From the NCBI GenBank assembly GCA_963921275.4, contig OZ001293.3:64001-128000 (forward strand): 64,000 nt of DNA, read 5' to 3'. Position 1 is the stretch's first letter. Every line of letters begins with the position of its first letter. A model generated the notes under the pieces. That model searched no databases, was not told the DNA's origin, and was given only the letters and a program-made list of their open reading frames with translations. This document shows positions 1 to 11,480 of this stretch, piece after piece. Source of the DNA: an uncultured Hormoscilla sp. (lineage in GTDB: Bacteria > Cyanobacteriota > Cyanobacteriia > Cyanobacteriales > Desertifilaceae). The position numbers were made by a program, and so were the translations under genes.

Positions 1-633
1 CCTAGAGCTGTTGACCGAGAATTATCCGGACTTTATCCCCGGTCATTTGCTGCTGGCGTCAGCTGCTCAAAAATATGGACAGCCCGAAAGAGCTATTGCC
101 GCCTTGGAACGAGCAACATCTCTGTATCCGGACAACACAGAACTGCTGGATCGGAAATCGCTTTGCTGGCAGAGCAAGACCAGTGGTTAGAAGCTGCCAT
201 TGCAGCCCGTCAATTTGCCCTCATCTATCCGGAGGATCCCCAGGCGGCTAAGTACGATCGCCTGGCAGACAAGCATTTCCAAAAGTACAGATCCCAGATC
301 GAGCAAGATTTGTTCGGCTTGGGAATAGCACATGTGGTAACCTGCCAAGTCATCGGCGACTGTTTGAGAGGAGAGCTAATTGAGCTACTGCTACAGGGAG
401 AAGCAGCTACGGGTAAGGAGTTCGCAGAAAGCTTAAAAAAAGATCTCACTTTGGTAGAAGACCCGGCTGTGGTAGAGTACGTGAATGAAATCGGTCAGAA
501 ACTAGCGAAGTTTATGGGGCGAGATGAGTTCGAGTACGAATTTTATGTGGTCGAAGACTCCACTCCTAATGCCTTCGCTCTACCGGGCGGCAAGATATTT
601 ATACATTCGGGGCTCATGAAGTTAATGGGGTAG
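1..633 (+). pseudogene. M48-family (TPR + Zn peptidase) protein, 5' partial and truncated before HExxH
   Basis: TPR-like N-terminus, then YEFYVVEDSTPNAFALPGGKIFIHSGL (M48 signature); stop precedes the catalytic HExxH. Confidence 0.75.
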
Positions 634-647
634 AATTATACCAGAGG

Positions 648-1067
648 GTGATGAGGGCACCAGAGCCGACAAGAACTCAACCAGCATCAACCCCGCGTCG
701 GAATCAACCAAGATCGGGGCCTGTAGCTCTGAACATAGTGCAAAAGAAGGATGATGTCCAAATCAGCATCAACAGAGCCAACGTGAATGCTACGGGTGGG
801 TTTACTGTAGATCTGGTGATTAAAAATGACAGTAATGACAAATTTGGGTTTGTGCCTTTGTTTGTACAAGTGCTTGACGACAGTGGCAACAGGGTTTCAT
901 CCCGGTTCTTATTAACAGCAGGAGAAGATGCTTTTGTTCCACCAGGTGGCAGTTTGAGAAGGACTTTGCTGATCGTAGGCGCCCGTTGGCAAACTGGCAG
1001 CCAAGATTTGACTGTGGTGGTTAAAGAATCTACACCCGGAGGTAGAGTTTTCCGCATCCCATTGTGA
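648..1067 (+). pseudogene. Probable C-terminal fragment of a hypothetical (Ig-like) protein
   Basis: 139-aa ORF starting in a Pro-rich linker, beta-rich; no clear start. Confidence 0.4.
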
Positions 1068-1133
1068 TTAGCGTATCCCGACTTGCCTCATGGCCTCCCA
1101 GAGGTTTCCGCTCTCACCGGTAGCGGGCGATCC

Positions 1134-1187
1134 GATCCCCCCCAGCCCCCCTTTTTAAGCCTTTTTAAGGGGGGCTGGGGGGGATCC
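1134..1187. repeat. Palindromic cyanobacterial REP-like hairpin
   Basis: gatccccccagcccccc ... ggggggctggggggatc inverted repeat. Confidence 0.75.
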
Positions 1188-1221
1188 TCTTACCAACAGG
1201 CGCAAGACCAAACCCCCGAGT

Positions 1222-1298
1222 TTACTCCGGCCAAGGAGGTACTTACTCCGGCCAAGGAGGTGCTTACTCCGGCCAAAGAGGCTCCCGCTCCGGCCAAA
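1222..1298. repeat. 21-bp tandem repeat, about 4 units
   Basis: ttactccggccaaggaggt(a/g)c repeated. Confidence 0.85.
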
Positions 1299-1887
1299 TA
1301 GTTACTCAGATTCCCTTTGGTAATGTTGTTTCAAGTCAAAGCAAAAGCTTTTGACGCCACCGAATGACTCTCGTACTAGGTGGAATGATTCAGTCAAGGG
1401 AGTGACTCAGTTATTCCAGGATAAAATATCTCTATCCTTAAGGGGCGTGAGTCCTGGCAGCGACCTTGGATGCCAACGCCATTTAGGGAGAAAGCCCAGA
1501 GTCGGCGCCAGATGTCTAAAGGGCGCACTACTCGTACTGCCCTGACGACATCTACATTTTGTCCCGTCAAGTGATGAGTGCGGCTCAAAAGTATCCGGCG
1601 ACTGGGAGAGAATCGTCTGCGAAGACGCTACGCGAACGTGAGGATTAACAGGTTTTGACCACACCCGGCCATTGGGGTTGGAAATACTAAATTTTTGGTC
1701 CTGATGGCCTCTTGAGAGGTCCAAAACCTCAACCGAGAAACTGAGTTAAGGTAAAACAATGTTAAAGCATTTTTCCTATGGACTGTCAACTGCTTTGCTG
1801 GGTGCAACTGTGGTCATGGTTCAGCCGCAAGTAGCAATAGAGAATCTTGTCAACTACCCTATTTGAACTTTGTTCGGGTGAAAGAAT

Positions 1888-2217
1888 TTAAATTGTCCAA
1901 TCTGGTAATAATAAAAAGTCATTGGGAACCTCCCCATCACTATCAAATGGAATTCGCGACCATAATAAAACCGCTATATCATGTACAATGGAGCCCATGC
2001 CAAAGCTACAGCGTAATTCGGGAAAAGCATAAGCAATTTGGGGTGGTTCCGCGATCTGGTTGATACTATTACAAAGCCTTAGCTGTAATCTGCTATGCTT
2101 TCCTTTTGGCATTGGTTTTTGTACAACATCACTGTTAATGTATTCCCTAGCAGGTTTTGTTTCTGGGAGCTTCAAAAACTCTTCTTTAGTCAATGCTTGA
2201 GTAATTGTGCTTGTCAT
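1888..2217 (-). pseudogene. Uma2-family endonuclease, 3'-truncated
   Basis: LTKEEFLKLPETKPAREY...QKPMPKGKHSRLQ...PDWTI; ends just before the EILSP catalytic segment. Confidence 0.8.
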
Positions 2218-2236
2218 GGATCCTGCTTTTTAAGGT

Positions 2237-2401
2237 TCTTACTACGAACGGTAAGGACTAAAGTCCTTACTACGAACCGCAAGGACTAAAGTCCTTACTA
2301 CGAACCGCAAGGACTTTAGTTCTTACTACGAACCGCAAGGACTAAAGTCTTTACTACGAACGGCGCTACGAACCGCAAGGACTAAAGTCCTTACTACGAA
2401 C
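2237..2401. repeat. Tandem array of AAGGACTAAAGTCCTTACTACGAAC palindromic repeat (about 28-bp period)
   Basis: About 5-6 near-identical units; same family at 57211-57477. Confidence 0.9.
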
Positions 2402-2406
2402 GACTC

Positions 2407-2979
2407 TTACCATAAAGTCCCATTAGGCTGTGGATCGGACTGGGGTTGAACAGAATTGCTGCCAGAGTCCGTCGGTGTGGGAGTCATCTCTTTGAGATAC
2501 AGATTCATATCGATATAAACCCGGCCATTTGTTTCACTCAGAGGCCCCGAAGTCATATTTTTAACTTCCATGAGATTTCTTAATGTTTGACCAGGATTTA
2601 TTCCTGGTTTGAGGGTAAACAATAATCCCGCGCAGGAACCGCCCCAACTTTCAGCTACGCACACAACTGGCTGCCGGTTTATGCGCCCCGTTGTCAGGAA
2701 GTTTAATGTTTCATTTGTGTTGTATACCTGGAATCTTGCCGATACCTCCTCACACCGCCTCTCAGGCGTCCAATCCGAACTGCTGAAATAATTTGACACC
2801 CACCGAATCACTGGTACATCACCCTGTGCAGTCTGGGCAATGGTTGTAGGCACGCCGTTCGATATGTCGCAGACAAAGCTGGTTTGAGTCTTGTGAGCGC
2901 GACTGGGGCTAGCTGTAAAGGTAGCCGCCAATGTCAGGGCCGAAATGGCCAGCACTGAAGTCAATAACTGTGGTTTCAT
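2407..2979 (-). CDS. COP23-domain secreted protein
   Basis: Signal peptide plus PVIRWVSNYFSSSDWTPERRCEEVSARFQ, LLFTLKP motifs. Confidence 0.85.
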   Translation of the reverse strand: MKPQLLTSVLAISALTLAATFTASPSRAHKTQTSFVCDISNGVPTTIAQTAQGDVPVIRWVSNYFSSSDWTPERRCEEVSARFQVYNTNETLNFLTTGRINRQPVVCVAESWGGSCAGLLFTLKPGINPGQTLRNLMEVKNMTSGPLSETNGRVYIDMNLYLKEMTPTPTDSGSNSVQPQSDPQPNGTLW

Positions 2980-3321
2980 AAGGCACAAGAAAATCTACTA
3001 TATCTAAAGATTGTAATTCATAATTCTCGCCGGGCGACAAAGCTTGAGGGAGTAGTGATAAACATGTAGTGATTCGATGCTTGCCCTGGTCTGTCCCAAT
3101 ACCTCTCGATATGCTGCGTTTTTCTTCCATTCGGGAGGCCAAAGGCTTGAAATCCCGTTATTTTACTCGTCTTTGGGGGCAAAACCATTCCAAGTATTGT
3201 AGCCCTCCTGGGTTTCAATCTCTAATATCACTACTTGTACCCTCAATCTTCGGCAGACCGTCTATCATAATTGAGTATGACCCACTACCCCCCAGCTTTT
3301 GACCATGAATATTGTTCCAAA

Positions 3322-4809
3322 TCAGCCGCCGATCAATGCTTCGACAAACTCATAGCTGGAAAATGGTCGCAAATCTTCTATCCCTTCTCCAGCGCCAATA
3401 AAGCGAATAGGTAAACCCAATTGTTCTGCTACCGCCAGAGCCACGCCGCCTTTAGCTGTTCCATCCAGCTTCGTTAACACCACACCACTCAGGGACGCCA
3501 CCTCACGGAATATCTCAGCTTGCCGCAGACCATTCTGACCTAGGGTAGCATCCAAAACTAGCAAGGATTCCACCCGGGCGTCGGGGGCTTTTTTATCGAT
3601 AATGCGGCGAATTTTCCTCAGTTCCTCCATCAGATTTTGCTTGTTTTGCAATCGTCCCGCCGTGTCTATCAGCAGCAGTTCCGTATTCCGGGCTTGGGCC
3701 GCAGCGATCGCATCGAACACCACAGCTGCCGGGTCAGTATTTTGGCCCTGGTTAGCAATCACCTCAGTCCCACTGCGGGTGCCCCAAACCTTTATCTGTT
3801 CTACTGCTGCTGCCCGGAAAGTATCTGCCGCGCCAATTAAGCAGCGATAGTCTGACGTTTGAGCCAAGTGAGCTATCTTGCCAATCGTAGTTGTTTTACC
3901 CACACCATTGACCCCAGTCACTAGCCAAATATTCAGAGTATCTTTTTCCGGGGCGAAGTTTTTGTCATACCCCTTACCACCGGGATTGTCAAGTATATCC
4001 CGCAGCACTTGCTTCATATAGGCGATCGCCGCCTCTGGTGGTAGCGTCTTCTCTCTCAGCTTAGCCTGAAGTCTGTCAATAATCCGATCGCATACCTGCA
4101 CCCCCACATCAGCAGACAGCAGTAGGGCCTCTATTTCCGTCACCGCATCTTGATTCAGCGGTCCTTGACCGACAATTGCCTTCAGTTGGTTGATCAAACC
4201 CCGACGGGTTTTACCTAAACCTTGCCGCAGTCGTTTCAGCCAGGTTATTTCCTCCACAGAAACTCGATCGGGACGACGCCCTTGGGCTTTTAGCACTTCC
4301 GCTGACCACACAAAGCCTTCATCAAACGCAATTTCTACGGCAGAATCGTCAGGTGTCTGCTCAGACAATACCGGTTCTGGTTCTGGTTCTGATTCTGCTT
4401 CTACGATCGCCCGTTCTTTAAGTTCTTCCAAGCGTCCTAGACGTTCGGACTTAGCCCGTTCTAGGAAAGATTTTGGCTTCTTACTCTCATTATCTATCTC
4501 TCTTGGCGCTTCCAATTCCGTAGCCACCGCCGATGTTTCCATCTGTTCAGCAGTTTTTGAGGGTTCGGACGACGTCGCTAATGCTGATGAATCCGTCTTA
4601 GCTTGCTGAATATGCTCATATGCTGCCTTTGCCCAATTCAAGTCATCTGCTGCGGCCTCCGACTCTCCGTCTGCACTCCCTTGCGACTCTGATTCTGGCG
4701 ATGTAGTCTGAGTTTCTTCCGTTTCCGATACCTCTGGCTGTTTTACCTTGGACTCTTCGGGAGATTTCTCAGAACCCTTAAACTGGCGGCGAAACCAATT
4801 AAATACCAT
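3322..4809 (-). CDS. ftsY: Signal recognition particle receptor FtsY
   Basis: GVNGVGKTTT, DTFRAAA, DTAGR, TKLDGTAKGG; acidic N-terminus. Confidence 0.98.
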   Translation of the reverse strand: MVFNWFRRQFKGSEKSPEESKVKQPEVSETEETQTTSPESESQGSADGESEAAADDLNWAKAAYEHIQQAKTDSSALATSSEPSKTAEQMETSAVATELEAPREIDNESKKPKSFLERAKSERLGRLEELKERAIVEAESEPEPEPVLSEQTPDDSAVEIAFDEGFVWSAEVLKAQGRRPDRVSVEEITWLKRLRQGLGKTRRGLINQLKAIVGQGPLNQDAVTEIEALLLSADVGVQVCDRIIDRLQAKLREKTLPPEAAIAYMKQVLRDILDNPGGKGYDKNFAPEKDTLNIWLVTGVNGVGKTTTIGKIAHLAQTSDYRCLIGAADTFRAAAVEQIKVWGTRSGTEVIANQGQNTDPAAVVFDAIAAAQARNTELLLIDTAGRLQNKQNLMEELRKIRRIIDKKAPDARVESLLVLDATLGQNGLRQAEIFREVASLSGVVLTKLDGTAKGGVALAVAEQLGLPIRFIGAGEGIEDLRPFSSYEFVEALIGG

Positions 4810-4894
4810 TGCAACTATTGTCCTTTTTCAGTTGTAATTTCGTCTCCCGGGCGTCTCGCCCGTTTTTCAATTTTCTTTTCTCAATTTTCCCTTC

Positions 4895-5539
4895 TCAATT
4901 TTCCCTTCTCATCTGACTTGATTCTTCTGCGAGCAGGTTGAGCACCCGACGCAGTACGCCATTGATAAATCTGTACTCCTCTTCATTTCCGTAGCGCTTA
5001 GCTAACTCTACTGCCTCATTGATTGCCACCCTTTCATCTACACCTATAGCCCACATTTCCACCACTGCTATCCGCAGTATATCCTGGTCTATCTTGGCGA
5101 GGCGATCTAGTTGCCAATTCACCAAAGCTTGAGAGAGGATTCGATCCACCTCCGTTCTTTTGGACTTCACCAGATCGATTATCTCTAGGGCGTAGTCTTG
5201 GACTTCTTTGAGATTGCTAGACTGATACACTATTTCTGGGAAATCTATTGTACTACCCAGGCGGTTGATCGCCGTGCTAGTTAGCTCTATGGCTTCTTTT
5301 ACCATTGCTTTCGCACTGGCCAGATTTGGGGCGATTGTTTCGCTGTCCAGTAAGCGATCGCTCCCCCGTTGCAGTTCTGCAGCAGCCATTTCTAGTGCTG
5401 AGGATGCTTCATTTGACAGAGTCCGCACAGCTGCCAACATCATATCCTGCAACTGTTGGGCTGACAGTTTTTCTGTCTTTCTTGGCATTTGGGACAGACT
5501 CAGAAGAGCCAGTTCACGAGCTATTTGGCGGGGTTGCAT
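4895..5539 (-). CDS. nusB: Transcription antitermination factor NusB
   Basis: RQIARELAL...WQLDRLAKIDQDILR...AINEAVELAKRY...FINGVLR. Confidence 0.97.
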   Translation of the reverse strand: MQPRQIARELALLSLSQMPRKTEKLSAQQLQDMMLAAVRTLSNEASSALEMAAAELQRGSDRLLDSETIAPNLASAKAMVKEAIELTSTAINRLGSTIDFPEIVYQSSNLKEVQDYALEIIDLVKSKRTEVDRILSQALVNWQLDRLAKIDQDILRIAVVEMWAIGVDERVAINEAVELAKRYGNEEEYRFINGVLRRVLNLLAEESSQMRREN

Positions 5540-5647
5540 GGCTTATTCACGCTAATTTAATCTTCAGGATATTTTAAAAAAATTTTTCGGCTATTTATAA
5601 TTTCTCATGCTATTCACCTTTAACAATCTACCCAAAACCCACTACCC

Positions 5648-6379
5648 TTATAGTTCCTTTTCTTCTACCTGTAATAGCCCTAATGGCTGTTTTTCTCGCA
5701 GCGCCAGTTCTATTTGACGATCTTTTGTGGCTAGTTCTGGCAAAGGTACTGAACTATCGGGGCTAACCAGGCCACCTGATATTAACACCTTAAAGGCATC
5801 TTCAATACTAATTGATAGTTCGATCGTCTCATCTTCTGAAACGATCGCATACCAGCCCGTAGTGGGGTTAGGGGTAGTAGGAACAAAAATGCTCAGCATT
5901 TTCTCAGATAAGTGAGATTTAAACTCACCGCTGATTGTGCCAGTAACAAAGGCGATCGCCCACATACCTTTGCGGGGGTATTCTACCAGCACCACGCCGC
6001 GAAACTTATTCTTGGAGTCCTGCAGCAGAGTTTCTAGCAGCTGTTTGAGAGTTTTGTACACTGAACCCGCTAACGGGATTCCCTGCAAAATGCGCTCCCC
6101 TAAATCCAGCAGCCATCGGCCCACAATATTGCGTGCCATCAAGCCAATCAGCAAAATACTCAGCAGGGGAACAGCCAGCCCCACCAGTAAGTTTAACAAA
6201 TTTACCAGGAGCGGATGCAGATCGTCAAAGGGATTAAGCTGTTTGGGAAGAAGAGTGAGAAAATTTATCACCCAGCTAGCGATCGTAATCGTCAGCCAGA
6301 TTGTCGTAGCTAGGGGAATCACCACCAGCAGACCAGCAATCAGATCGTTTTTTAAGTTCTGCTTGAAATTTTTGAGCAC
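5648..6379 (-). CDS. DUF502 membrane protein
   Basis: AGLLVVIPLATTIW, VEYPRKG, FVPTTPNPTTGW; usual position upstream of nusB. Confidence 0.92.
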   Translation of the reverse strand: MLKNFKQNLKNDLIAGLLVVIPLATTIWLTITIASWVINFLTLLPKQLNPFDDLHPLLVNLLNLLVGLAVPLLSILLIGLMARNIVGRWLLDLGERILQGIPLAGSVYKTLKQLLETLLQDSKNKFRGVVLVEYPRKGMWAIAFVTGTISGEFKSHLSEKMLSIFVPTTPNPTTGWYAIVSEDETIELSISIEDAFKVLISGGLVSPDSSVPLPELATKDRQIELALREKQPLGLLQVEEKEL

Positions 6380-6823
6380 AAGTACTTTTACTCTTCTGAT
6401 AAATGCATTTTTTCCTCCTGCGTCTCCCGAGAGCGCCGCACATGCTCCCGGAGACGCAGGACGTCCATTGTCACGACAGCTTTTTGCACCACCTGGTGAG
6501 TAAGGGGAGCAAAGCTTCCAGGGGATCGCTGTCAGTAGGTTGTCAGTTCACCAGTCACCAGTCATCAGCGGATGTCTACCGTTCCGGAAAAATCGGGACT
6601 TGCTGCGAACGCTTTTGCTCCCGCAGACATCCCCACCAGTCCCCAGTCCCCTTATTAAAGATTGTAAACAATTATTTCAAATCTTAACTCACCGATCGAT
6701 CCCCGCCTCTTGACGATCCCAGGTTATCAACTATCTTAAAACAATTGCGATCGCCAAACAATACTGACAGGCGTCTCGCCCGGACACTGACAGGCGTCTC
6801 ACCCGGACTAAGTCACTGACCAG

Positions 6824-8592
6824 TCAATCTATGTCTAATTTGGGAGGTGGTATGTGCTTCATCTCCCAAACTTTGAGGACGATGAGATATTCGTAAAAGG
6901 TTTGCAAAGTACACCAGGCCAGACCTGGAGACCCATTCAGCCAGCCGCCTAACAGAAAATACATATAAACAAAGCGTACTATTGGTCTGAAGGGTAAACG
7001 CGGGGACAGGTCTTTGAGGGCGTGACGTCTTTCCACTCCCGACTTGCCGCCAAACAAGTCTCGCCAATTAATTTTGCCTGCGGACATCTGACGCAGGGTT
7101 TCAGCAGCTTCATCGGTGGAGTAGCGGTTGTGCTTTTCCACCCATCGGCTCAATCCTTTGCTACAGGTGTAGTGGGGATAGGTTTCTTTGATAAAGCCTG
7201 TCGGTCCGTCACATTCTTCCCGTTCCGTATGACCGTAGTCCCTATACCAAACAAAGCCGACTCGCAGCTGGTAACGGGGATACTGGGTGCTGTGCGAATC
7301 CACCGATTCATAAATATCACCCGTTCAGCGACGTAGTAGCCCACAAAGTCCGATGTTTTCGTCGCCTCCACACATTCAGCAAACAACTCCGCTGTCATCC
7401 GTTCATCTGCTTCTAGGATATAAACCCATTCATGTTTAGCCGGGACTTCCTTTAGCATCCAGGTGCGCTGACGTCCGTGACTTTCAAAGGCGTGCGGTCG
7501 GGGTCGAGCTGTCCCTCGCGGGACAATCCTCCCATTCGGAACCTGAAGAGCGACTTTCACCGCACACGGCTACTGGTTGGTAAACCCTTGTCACGGGTAG
7601 GATTACTAGGGATTACTCCCGTTGTCCCTTGCCCTATGAAATATAGCCCCTTTATGGTCAGTCATGAACTAGTTGAGTACCTAACTCCGGAAGGTTTACG
7701 GGGGGGAACTAGAAAACCACTATGACCGTTCTTTACTAACAGGTGCCCGTATGGGGCCTCTAAATTTTTACCCGGTTAGGATTTAAGTCCATCATTACTA
7801 CCTAGTGTTGCCACTGGTTAAGCACGTTTAGAGGGCTACTATCTCCTAGAGCTTTTTACCATATCCGTCCTACGTCTGCATATCCACAGGCATTACCCCG
7901 GGCATTAGCTTCTTAGGACCTCCCTCCCCACGCGGGCATGCGCTAGGCGCTGCGTGCACGCTACGCGGACGCACATCTGACTTGTCCATCTGGACAGCAC
8001 CGCTCTTGTCCGGAACGTTCCCTGGTATCATTTCACGAGGCTTTTAGGTCTCCCCTATACACCGGCAGTCATTTCGGGTACGATATCAGTGACGTGCAAC
8101 CACTGATACGCGGACTGCGTGCGCATTTTGCACCAAGCGTGTCAGCCTCTTTTCGCTTGTTTAAGATGACGATGCTTACAGGGATTCGCTTGCTCTAACC
8201 ATGAGCCTCTTTCCGATCGCGCAGCGTGGCGCAGCCATGCGGCGTCGGTCTCTGGGCTGAGACCTTATCCTACATTTGTCCTCGGGAGGCACCACGGTAA
8301 TGTTACTCCGCAGCACCTCACGCGGTCACCCCCGTACCTGGGGGAAGGGGAATTGAACCCCCATGATGACCAGAGTTGCTGGTATTAACCAGCCCGGCGA
8401 TCGCCATATTTCAGACTTACGCCAAAACGATTCGCACTGCACGATCTTTACTGGATAGCGCTGAGCAATCTCGATGGTGCGATCGCTACTTAATGAGTCC
8501 ACCACAACCACATCATCAGATAGTAACGCTGATTCAATACAAGCGGCTATATCAATTTCTTCGTTATAGGTGAGGATATAAATCGAGAACAT
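6824..8592 (-). pseudogene. GT2 glycosyltransferase split by a group II intron, with a separate frameshift near 7295
   Basis: Exon 1 MFSIYILTYNEE...YPVKIVQ joins exon 2 HAFESHGRQRTW...EADER in frame after removing 7496-8437; frame change at WIR/HSTQYPRY. Confidence 0.88.
7496..8437 (-). mobile_element. ORF-less group II intron (IIB-like), 942 nt, sense to host gene
   Basis: 5' GUGCGAAUCG; domain V AGCCGUGUGCGGUGAAAGUCGCUCUUCAGGUU; DVI ending CUCGACCCCGACC; removal restores frame; EBS1 UGCACG (8093-8098) complementary to exon CGUGCA. Confidence 0.95.
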
Positions 8593-8766
8593 TCCAACTA
8601 GGTGTGAATATATTATGCTTGCTTGATTGGCAGAATGACAATTTTTAATTGACAATTTTTAATTGACAACTTCCTGACGTCCTGTCCGGAGCAACTGATT
8701 ATTTCCTATCTCTCTCAACCAGACACTTGAGGGGGATAGGAAAATTTTATGCTTCGATTCTGCTAT

Positions 8767-9583
8767 TTAAAGCCCAGCCGCTTTCCGACGCCTTTTTCTC
8801 GCACCGCCCATGCCACCGGCTAATCCCGTCCAGCCAATCCCCAAGTAGCCGATCGCTAATAGCCCACTACTGAACGATCGGGCGATTGACTTGACTGCTC
8901 TTTCCTGGGTCTGCTTTTGAGCTTCCTGCTTGCGTTCGCGAATCCGTTGCAAAGCCTGAGTCGGTATATTTCTGGCTTGTCGATCCACATATTCATCCAG
9001 GGAGTTGCGATCTTCCTTAAAGCCTCTTAATAAATCCGCCTGTTCTTCCGGCGCTTGGGACACCACTCGATCGAAATCCTCCGGACTATTTATCAGTTGC
9101 TCGATCTGACTTTTGAACTGATTTTGCCGCTGTTGAAGTCCAGCTTCAAACTGGGGACTTTCCAGCCTGGTTTTTGCCCGACTCGCCTGCTCCTCGATCG
9201 TGCGTATGGCCTGGTTGCGGCTGCGAATTGTATCAGCAGCGTGGATCGGCGCTATCAGTAAAAATACTACTCCCAATACTGCCGCCAGGATTACTGACCC
9301 CGTTTTTAACAGGTTTTGTACTGGACTGTCCAATCCTGATTCTGTAGCCATGCTGGAGATCCAAAGACCAGCCAGGACAAAGGCCAGACCCACTAGCGGA
9401 ATCACCCCCCGTGCAATCGATCACCTGGCTTGTGAAGCCTAGTCGCCACGACGCCTCGGTCACATCGGGGGGAAATAGTAGAGTCAGGGCGTCCAGCGCA
9501 AATGACACAATCATGATCGTGCCCACCAGTTGCAGCGATCGGGCTGCTAGGGGCGAAAGGAGACTGCTATTAGTTGCTCTCAT
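8767..9583 (-). pseudogene. hpsJ: HpsJ-family membrane protein, frameshifted near 9415
   Basis: AARSLQLVGTIMIVSFALD...SQVID continues in another frame as GVIPLVGLAF; TM helices plus coiled coil. Confidence 0.7.
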
Positions 9584-10013
9584 GATCTTTTGGTTCTCTG
9601 AATTGGTTGTTCATTCACCTATATCATCTTATCATTCCCAGTTTTCATGCTTTCTAGATCCACATCAATATCGATCGCCATTCTCTGTTTTCCCTATTTA
9701 TTAATTTCTTGATTTTTCTTTTCCCCTGCATTATACTTCCACTTTTTCTTTCTATTTTATCTCTGTAATTCAACTTTTCATTTATACTCTCACTCTCCAA
9801 GTTAGCTTTCAATGATTATTAAGTTATGTTATAATCAGGCCAAAATTCATTATGAGTTAAATGCACAGCCGCTGAGAACAACAATAAAGCAGAAGAGATA
9901 TTTTCAGTTTTTTTACTCAACATTCGGGTGACTCTAGGGACAAGAGCTACTACTAATGTCAGTTTATTTGTCAGCAACAGCCGCTCATTTGCCTATGCCA
10001 GACTTTTCCCCTT

Positions 10014-10715
10014 TTACTTGCTCTGATACCAGCGGCGGATGCGATCGGGGGAAACTCCCAGGAAATAGGCTATGATTGCCAGTTGATTGATCCAGGTTGT
10101 TTTCAGGATACCCAGTTTTTGCCAGCGGCGGGCTGATGTAATCACAGCGGCGGGGGCGATCGCGATCGTCCCCAGGCGCTGCAGACGCCGGATCGATGCC
10201 ACATCCTCCATGATGGGCAAGTTCGGGAAACCACCAATGTCATGGAAGACGGTAGCTGGCATAAATATCCCCTGGTCCCCATAGGGGAGGCCAAAAAGAC
10301 GCGATCGCCAATTGACCCCCATTTCCACCAGTCTTATACCCGCCAGATCGCCATCAATCTGCAACCGAAATGCACCGGCTACAACATGATGCTTCCTCAA
10401 ACAGTCCCTAACTATGGTGTCAAAACCGACGGGTAAGCGAGTATCGGCATGCAGAAATAGCAGAATTGCACCCTTTGCCACAGATGCACCAGCGTTCATT
10501 TGACTTGCTCTACCGGTAGCCGCAGAAATCACCTTCACAGAGGTGGAATAAAATTTCTCTACCAAATTAACTGTAGCATCAACAGAACCACCATCCACCA
10601 CGATCGCCTCTACATCTTTGGCCTCGCCAATAGATGCCAGGGTGGGCAAGATGTGGTCTGCTTCATTCAGTACGGGGATGATGATGGATATTATGAGGCT
10701 AGACTCATCGGTCAT
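10014..10715 (-). CDS. TIGR04283-type GT2 glycosyltransferase
   Basis: ISIIIPVLNEA, VVDGGSVD, GRASQMNAGA, FLHADT, PYGDQG, TSARRW. Confidence 0.92.
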   Translation of the reverse strand: MTDESSLIISIIIPVLNEADHILPTLASIGEAKDVEAIVVDGGSVDATVNLVEKFYSTSVKVISAATGRASQMNAGASVAKGAILLFLHADTRLPVGFDTIVRDCLRKHHVVAGAFRLQIDGDLAGIRLVEMGVNWRSRLFGLPYGDQGIFMPATVFHDIGGFPNLPIMEDVASIRRLQRLGTIAIAPAAVITSARRWQKLGILKTTWINQLAIIAYFLGVSPDRIRRWYQSK

Positions 10716-11380
10716 AGTTCGGTGGGGAGGGACGACAAATCGGAGGGACGATCGATATCGGCCAGGACTGGCAGTTGACAGAGTGAGAGGTTGAGTCTTT
10801 GGGCCTGGGCCAATGTTTGTGCCAATACCCGTGAGGTGCCCCAGTCGATGCCAGTAAATAATTCTGGGACCATACGCCCTAGACCAATTAGATAATAGCC
10901 ACCGTCAGCTGCTGGTCCGAGCACTAAGTCAGTCGAGTGCAGCTGCTCAAATGCGTATAATAGCAACTTGGCGTCGATGCCGGGGCAATCTGTGCCAATA
11001 ATCGCCACCCGCTCGCTGCCAGCACCGAAAGCCCGATCGAACGCCTGTGCCATCCGGGCACCCAGGTCGCCATTCCCCTGCTGGTGATAAACTAGATCGT
11101 CCCCCAACCACTCTTGCATGAGGGCTTCTGTCGCCCCTGTAAAGTATACTTCCAGCGTTGGGTCGAGGTACGAGACCCAACCTACCAGTGATTTTGCCTG
11201 ACGAAGGGTTCGTTCGGCAAGCTGGCGGTGCAGGTTAGCAGCACCCTCTTTACCTAAAGCACCGATGAGTCTTGTTTTGGTTTTTCCTGGTTCTGGATAG
11301 CGAGTAAAAACTATCAGGCGTTGTAATGATTTGCTCCCAGGGCTTTGGGACTTGATACTTTCCATAGCTTCACAGCCCAA
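10712..11380 (-). CDS. TIGR04282/DUF2064-type glycosyltransferase partner
   Basis: FTRYPEPGKTKTRL, GDLGARM, IIGTDCP, LGPAADGGYYLIG, DIDRPSDL; overlaps downstream gene. Confidence 0.92.
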   Translation of the reverse strand: MGCEAMESIKSQSPGSKSLQRLIVFTRYPEPGKTKTRLIGALGKEGAANLHRQLAERTLRQAKSLVGWVSYLDPTLEVYFTGATEALMQEWLGDDLVYHQQGNGDLGARMAQAFDRAFGAGSERVAIIGTDCPGIDAKLLLYAFEQLHSTDLVLGPAADGGYYLIGLGRMVPELFTGIDWGTSRVLAQTLAQAQRLNLSLCQLPVLADIDRPSDLSSLPTEL

Positions 11381-11480
11381 AAATCTGCCTCTAGTATCAC
11401 TTTACATATATAGATCTAGTATTATCACGCATGTCAAGTAGCGTATTGCCTGGTAATATACTTCCTGGGGATAGAGCCAC

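Noticed and set aside
2237..2401. Possible CRISPR array (also 57211-57477 and 63759-63832)
   Set aside because: No unique spacers and no cas genes; these are tandem repeats.
3602..6503. Antisense shadow ORFs here and over chlB, psbD and the R-M genes
   Set aside because: They overlap well-supported genes on the opposite strand and show no motifs.
7560..7800. RT/maturase ORF within the introns
   Set aside because: Domain IV regions are short with stops; no YADD-type motif seen in any ORF of the window.
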